Positions 58,870 through 64,000 of a stretch of DNA of 64,000 nucleotides are shown in pieces. Source of the DNA: Lytechinus pictus (Eukaryota); contig NC_087247.1 in the NCBI RefSeq assembly GCF_037042905.1, positions 48,484,001 to 48,548,000 of the forward strand, given 5' to 3'. A program made the position numbers and the translations under genes. Every line of letters starts with the position of its first letter. Within the stretch, counting starts at the first letter, position 1. Below the pieces are notes generated by a model. That model was not told the DNA's origin. It worked only from the letters and a program-made list of their open reading frames with translations, and searched no databases.

Positions 58870-59362
58870 TTTGGTATTCACCGAAAAGATATGCTTAACT
58901 CCAGGAACATTTTGAATGGTATAGTTGAATTATTAAAGATAAAATGTAAGAATAAAAATGAAAAAAAGAGACATTAAACCTTTGACCAGTTAGTTTTGAA
59001 AATATGAAAATGCTCAACTATTTCACCACTAGCGTAGTTTAGTTTGCTTCTGAGGTGATGTTTGTTGTTTATTTATCAATTAATATTGAAAAATTCTTCA
59101 TTAAAAACTAATAAAATATTATGAGACGCACAGAGCCCTAAAAACACAAAATGGCAAAAATCCTCATTCGACATCACCTCAGAAGCAAACTAAACTACGC
59201 TAGTGGTGAAATAGTTGAGCATTTTCATATTTTCAAAACTAACCGGTCAAAGGTTTAATGTCTCTTTTTTTCATTTTTATTCTTACATTTTATCTTTAAT
59301 AATTCAACTATACCATTCAAAATGTTCCTGGAGTTAAGCATATCTTTTCGGTGAATACCAAA
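58870..59362. repeat. Near-perfect 192-bp inverted repeat with a 109-bp spacer
   Basis: 58870-59061 is the reverse complement of 59171-59362, with one mismatch seen. Confidence 0.9.
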
Positions 59363-59760
59363 CTGGCTCCATGGAAGACCAGCAGCAATGCATTATTGCA
59401 GCTGAATATGGACTACCAGCCGTATAATTTACTTTATTTTTTACCTTTTATTATTGTATCTTAATATTGACCTCATCATATCATGTTATATGTATTTGTA
59501 TGTACTTTGTATCTGTTATTTTATATACGGAAATAAAACAAACAAACAACCAAACTTAAACGGACAGTACACGCCTGAGTACTTTCTGAAACAATTTTTC
59601 ATCTTTAAAATAAAGTCAGTGTGAAGCCTGATAATTACCCTTTATTTTGATACTAAATGTTTACTGTGTTTGAAAAGTATAAGTGAATTAAATGACTGTA
59701 AAAAAAATCAGTTCTGATTACAGGTGTACCCAAAGTTTTGAATGGTACTCTATATATATA

Positions 59761-60901
59761 AACCCCTCAAAAAAAGTTTGGAAATCTGTGTTTGGCCATT
59801 AATTTCTCTCAACTCCCAATTTTACACAATACATATTTCACATCATTCAAACGATCATTTAATTTTCTTTAAAATGATACCATGCTTGTTATGATCATGC
59901 CATCACGAAAAGAGCAGGATTCAAAAGTGTTGGATGAGGTCTGAATTGAAAAGCTGCAAAACGAGCAAAAAAAGTTTGGAAATCTGAGTTTGGCCATTAA
60001 TTTCTTCCAGCTCCCAAATTTACACAATGCATATTTGATATCATTCAATAGATCATTTAATTTTCTTTACAATGATACCATGCTTGTTATGATCATGCCA
60101 TCAAGAAAAGAGCAGGATTCAAAAGTGTTGGATGAGGTCTGAATTGAAAAGCTGCAAAACGAGCAGAAATAGTCATGAAGGGTCAATACAGAACATGATT
60201 CTTTTGTTGTCAATCGAGATGAAAATCCATTCAAATCAAGACTTCTGTAGTGATGGTTCTGTGAGATAACATGGTTTGAGTCTTAGTTTGAAATACCCAT
60301 GCATTTTTGTTTATTTGTTATGTGTTTGCTTATGCAGAGGTGTGTTTGATTTCATGTTAATGTTGATGTTAATGTGCATGAAAACAATTAAAACAAACCG
60401 TTAAGAAACTAACTCATCACCACTGAAAAAAGAACAGTAACTTTCAATATTGTGTCATTTTGAAACTTTTGAAATTTGACCTTGCCCCACATTTCAAGGC
60501 ACTGCACCTCCATGTGGACCATAATCATATCATGTAGGGTACCATTTTAAAGAAAATTAAATGTTCTACTTATTGATATCAATTACACATTGATATTTAC
60601 TAAAAACCAATGAGGAATCATCTATCAAATTAAAAAGAAACCGCTGAGAACCTCACTCATCTCCACGGAAAAAAGAACAGTGACTTTCAATATTGTGTCA
60701 TTTTGAAACTTTTGAATTTTGACCTTACCCCACATTTCAAGGCACTGCACCTCCATGTGAACCATATTTATATCATGTAGGGTATCATTTTTAAGAAAAA
60801 TAAATGTTCTATTCATTTATATTCATTAAACATTGATATTTACTAAAACCGAGGAGGGATTATCGATCAAAGTCAGATTTCCAAACTTTTTTTGAGGAGT
60901 T
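59761..60901. mobile_element. Tc1/mariner-type non-autonomous element with subterminal tandem duplications
   Basis: TIR AACCCCTCAAAAAAAGTTTGGAAATCTG / CAGATTTCCAAACTTTTTTTGAGGAGTT in TA context. Two ~200-bp direct repeats on the left and two ~245-bp repeats on the right. Confidence 0.75.
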
Positions 60902-62589
60902 TATATACAATGTATATATTGGTGTTGAAACAACACCGATGTTTTTCGCATCTGTCGATGTACTGATAAAAAAACGTGGAATTACTAGGATAAAAGGGAC
61001 GATAGAAAACTATTTTGTTTAAGAAAGCCTGTGCCCCTGATCAATTTATGATCCACAAATGCCTAAACATTTTTAAAATTATTTTTTTTACGTCTACTTT
61101 AACATTATTTTTTCTACGTCTACGTGCGTTTTGAATTGTGACCGATCGTGACTGTAAAGATAGGCATTACGTACCCAGTGGGGGAGTCCCTAAGACCACA
61201 TGTAACTTAGCAACCCGTTTCGCTGTCCTAACAAACTGCAAAAGTGAGGTCTAATAAGAGCGCAACATATCTAATGATATCTTCGGAAGGAATATCATTC
61301 TTGTACAAGTTTTTTTCTTCGTAACTTCGTTAAGGCATATTTAATTTCAAGATACTCATGAATAGCGTTCGTCTTTGTATTGGATACACGACACGTGTAC
61401 ACTGTCCATCCGCCCATAAGACACCGTGCTAATTGATATCACAGTCGACACGTTGGCTTTGGATGCATACACATTGCTGTTGTTACTTGGAATAATAATT
61501 GTCTACACCAGTAAGTATCGCATTACCTGCGTAAATATGCCTAATGTTTCTTATTTGTGTACATAGTTAAGAGAATCTCTCCAATATGGCACTTGATGTA
61601 TGGCAGGGCAAACAGAGAAGGTGAAAGGATGACTATTAGAAATACAAAACATTTGTTTAGCATATCCCGGCAGGATTGTGGAGCGTTATAATGTCCTTAA
61701 TTGTATTTAAACCCCTTCTTCACGCAAAACCGTTACCACCCCATAAACAAACTTTCGAGCATGTCTTTACCATATTAACTTTTATTCATAATTAGACAAG
61801 ACCCGTGTAATTAATTTACTGTCAATCTTTATTCGTATGTTCTGTAGCTGCTGCAGTATCACCTATCATTGGGGCATGGTTTTGTAAAGAAAAATACCTC
61901 ACCCACTAACTAACCAATTGGACACTGCATGACCAGTTTCAAACTTAATATGGCAGCAGTATGAAAAGAAATAGTAATACTAGTATTTGGTCATAGTTTT
62001 CTTTATTTGAAAATTAAATAATGATTAACTATTTAGTAATTGCAAGAAAAACACTGATTACAGGGGAGGTTGAGAGTGTAAAATAATTTAATCCTTATTG
62101 TCCCCCGAGCTTGCGGAGCTATGTTGAAAGCGAAACATTGCAAAATCGTAATTGTAATCATGGGTTGCTATAAACACATAGGTATTTATAATGTTATCTT
62201 GTAAATATCAAAGATCAATTCTTATGTGCTGGGTATACAGTATGTATATTGAAATCTCAGCAAGAGAGGCTGAAATAGATCGTTATCAATACCACCCGCC
62301 AAGTTCGATGAAATGTGAAATTGGTTAACAAATACACGTACCTACATCGGTACAGTATGATGGTGATTTACCTTGAATAGACACTGTTATAGTCAATTAT
62401 TTGTATTTTTTCATGCATCACAAAAAAATGCACCTGATCATCGATTACACCATTGACGTACAGATGGTGCAATCGGGGGGGGGGGGGGGCATGGACCCCA
62501 ACTGTTTTACGAAAAAAGAAAAGAAACGAAGGAATAGGAAAGGGAAAAGGATGAAAATTCTTTAAAATATTATATAGCATGTTATGTTA

Positions 62590-62620
<31 letters not shown>

Positions 62621-63027
62621 TATGAAGGTCAATGCACCACTGGAGTACACCGTACTATATCATGTGTATGGGGCTATTGCAAGAAGTTTAGGAATACAAC
62701 ATATAACAAAGTATATATAGGTCGGCATGTAGGCCAACATCTTTACATTTTTTCTTCAAGAAGGGAATCCATAGACTATGAACCTATAATTTCATCATGA
62801 CTTCAGAGGTTGTAGACAAATCTAATCCCTTCTCATTCCCGGGCTCATCCCTTATGAAATTTTAAAAAGGTATATTGATATTGTACGGAAATGGGATTTA
62901 TAGCTCAGGCCCTCAGATGAAATGGGGAAGCAAACTACTTTCCTTTAAACATATTCTTACCGAATGAAATTATCATAGATTTTTTAAATCCAGCTTTTAT
63001 CTTTTGTGTGTGTGTGTCATTTAGGAC

Positions 63028-64000
63028 ATGATGTCAGGACCAAGGAACCGAGCGTTAACGGCTAGGTGCCGCTCTCGAAATTCAACATACAAGGCGGATA
63101 TTATTGCATCTCAAAAGCAGTATCTACGTCAATGGAATGACGTTGGACTAAAACCAGTTAAGAATGAGATAGAATACGCATTGAGGCAAACAACTGTAGA
63201 TCACGAGAAGGCAATTAACACCATTAAAGAAGTCAAAGATAAAGCATTTGAGTTGTTGAAATTATTTTTCAGACCATTAGAGGATGCCATCTCAGATAAA
63301 AACCGGAAGATTCGTAAGAGTTTGAAGGAAAAGAAGCAAAAGATCGAAAATTACCAAAACCGATTGAAATCCTTCATCCAGCAAATAGAAGAAGGGAAAC
63401 ATTCTTCAGACTTTGACAAAAATAAGTTTGTAGAGAGAGCAGAGCAGTTGAAGTTGGATACAGGTCAACTAGCCATCAAAGAATCTGTTATCTGTGTATC
63501 AGGGGTTGAGATCAACATGGTGCAGACGGAGGTCGACAGGTTTCAACAACAGATCCAACAGTTCCTGAAACAGTTCAATCTAGATGACATGTTCGGAGTG
63601 GAAGACACTAAGCAGGAGTTCAAAGCTCGTATCACCACTCCTCCAGAGTTATCTTCCTCTCCTGAGCAATCTCTGCCTACGATATCCACTAACAACTTGG
63701 AGCTTACTCCACATCCACCCATACATGCTGCGAGAGCGAGGAGTGCCTATTCAATTAACCGACATTCCCAAGTGCCATCGTCTATAACCACTCTGAAATC
63801 GATAGAAACAGTGGAAGATTGCCGTTCCAGAAGATCTGACCGGTCTCCACTTCACAGATCTTTGCCATCTGATGCAACAAATGCGGTTAATGGTGGAAAG
63901 GTTAAACCAACCATTTCTGTTTCTCCTCGAAAAGCGGTTGCTAACGATGATCAAAAAACGGGGAGGAGACTAGACCATCCCTACAGCGTAGATGTGCTCA
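63028..64000 (+). CDS. Uncharacterised protein: N-terminal coiled coil then Ser/Thr/Pro-rich region; open to the window end
   Basis: Acceptor TCATTTAG at 63024, ATG at 63028, then 324 codons without a stop (MMSGPRNRALTARCRSRNSTYKADIIASQKQYLRQW...KIRKSLKEKKQKIENYQNRLKSFIQQIEE...TTPPELSSSPEQSLP...). It is missing from the ORF track, probably because there is no stop in the window. Confidence 0.75.
   Translation, partial: MMSGPRNRALTARCRSRNSTYKADIIASQKQYLRQWNDVGLKPVKNEIEYALRQTTVDHEKAINTIKEVKDKAFELLKLFFRPLEDAISDKNRKIRKSLKEKKQKIENYQNRLKSFIQQIEEGKHSSDFDKNKFVERAEQLKLDTGQLAIKESVICVSGVEINMVQTEVDRFQQQIQQFLKQFNLDDMFGVEDTKQEFKARITTPPELSSSPEQSLPTISTNNLELTPHPPIHAARARSAYSINRHSQVPSSITTLKSIETVEDCRSRRSDRSPLHRSLPSDATNAVNGGKVKPTISVSPRKAVANDDQKTGRRLDHPYSVDVL

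Overview
This is AT-rich, intron- and repeat-rich animal genomic DNA, probably echinoderm or sea-urchin-like (an inference from the tRNA-derived SINEs and MITE types). (1) 1-7.4 kb: the 5' part of a TMEM232 orthologue on the - strand (6 coding exons), with a four-level nest of transposons in one intron. (2) 8.5-25.5 kb: a transposon pile-up. It includes a TIR element with a 125-bp satellite, two large foldback elements inserted about 42 bp apart in one host element, and a decayed L2/CR1-type LINE interrupted by a hAT MITE. (3) 25.9-55.3 kb: the main finding, a head-to-tail array of short-collagen CTHRC1-like genes, each with 4 exons (signal peptide / short Gly-X-Y stretch / CTHRC1 C-terminal domain). 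There are two 'A' genes, three apparently intact 'B' genes, one frameshifted pseudogene and one orphan exon-1 pseudogene. The array shows segmental duplication, mosaicism, exon homogenisation, divergent signal-peptide exons and a clade-specific extra Cys pair. (4) 55.6-61 kb: MITEs, a SINE and a near-perfect 192-bp inverted duplication. (5) 63.0-64.0 kb: an uncharacterised coiled-coil ORF running off the window. All exon models were built by eye from GT/AG sites and phase, and no database search was run.
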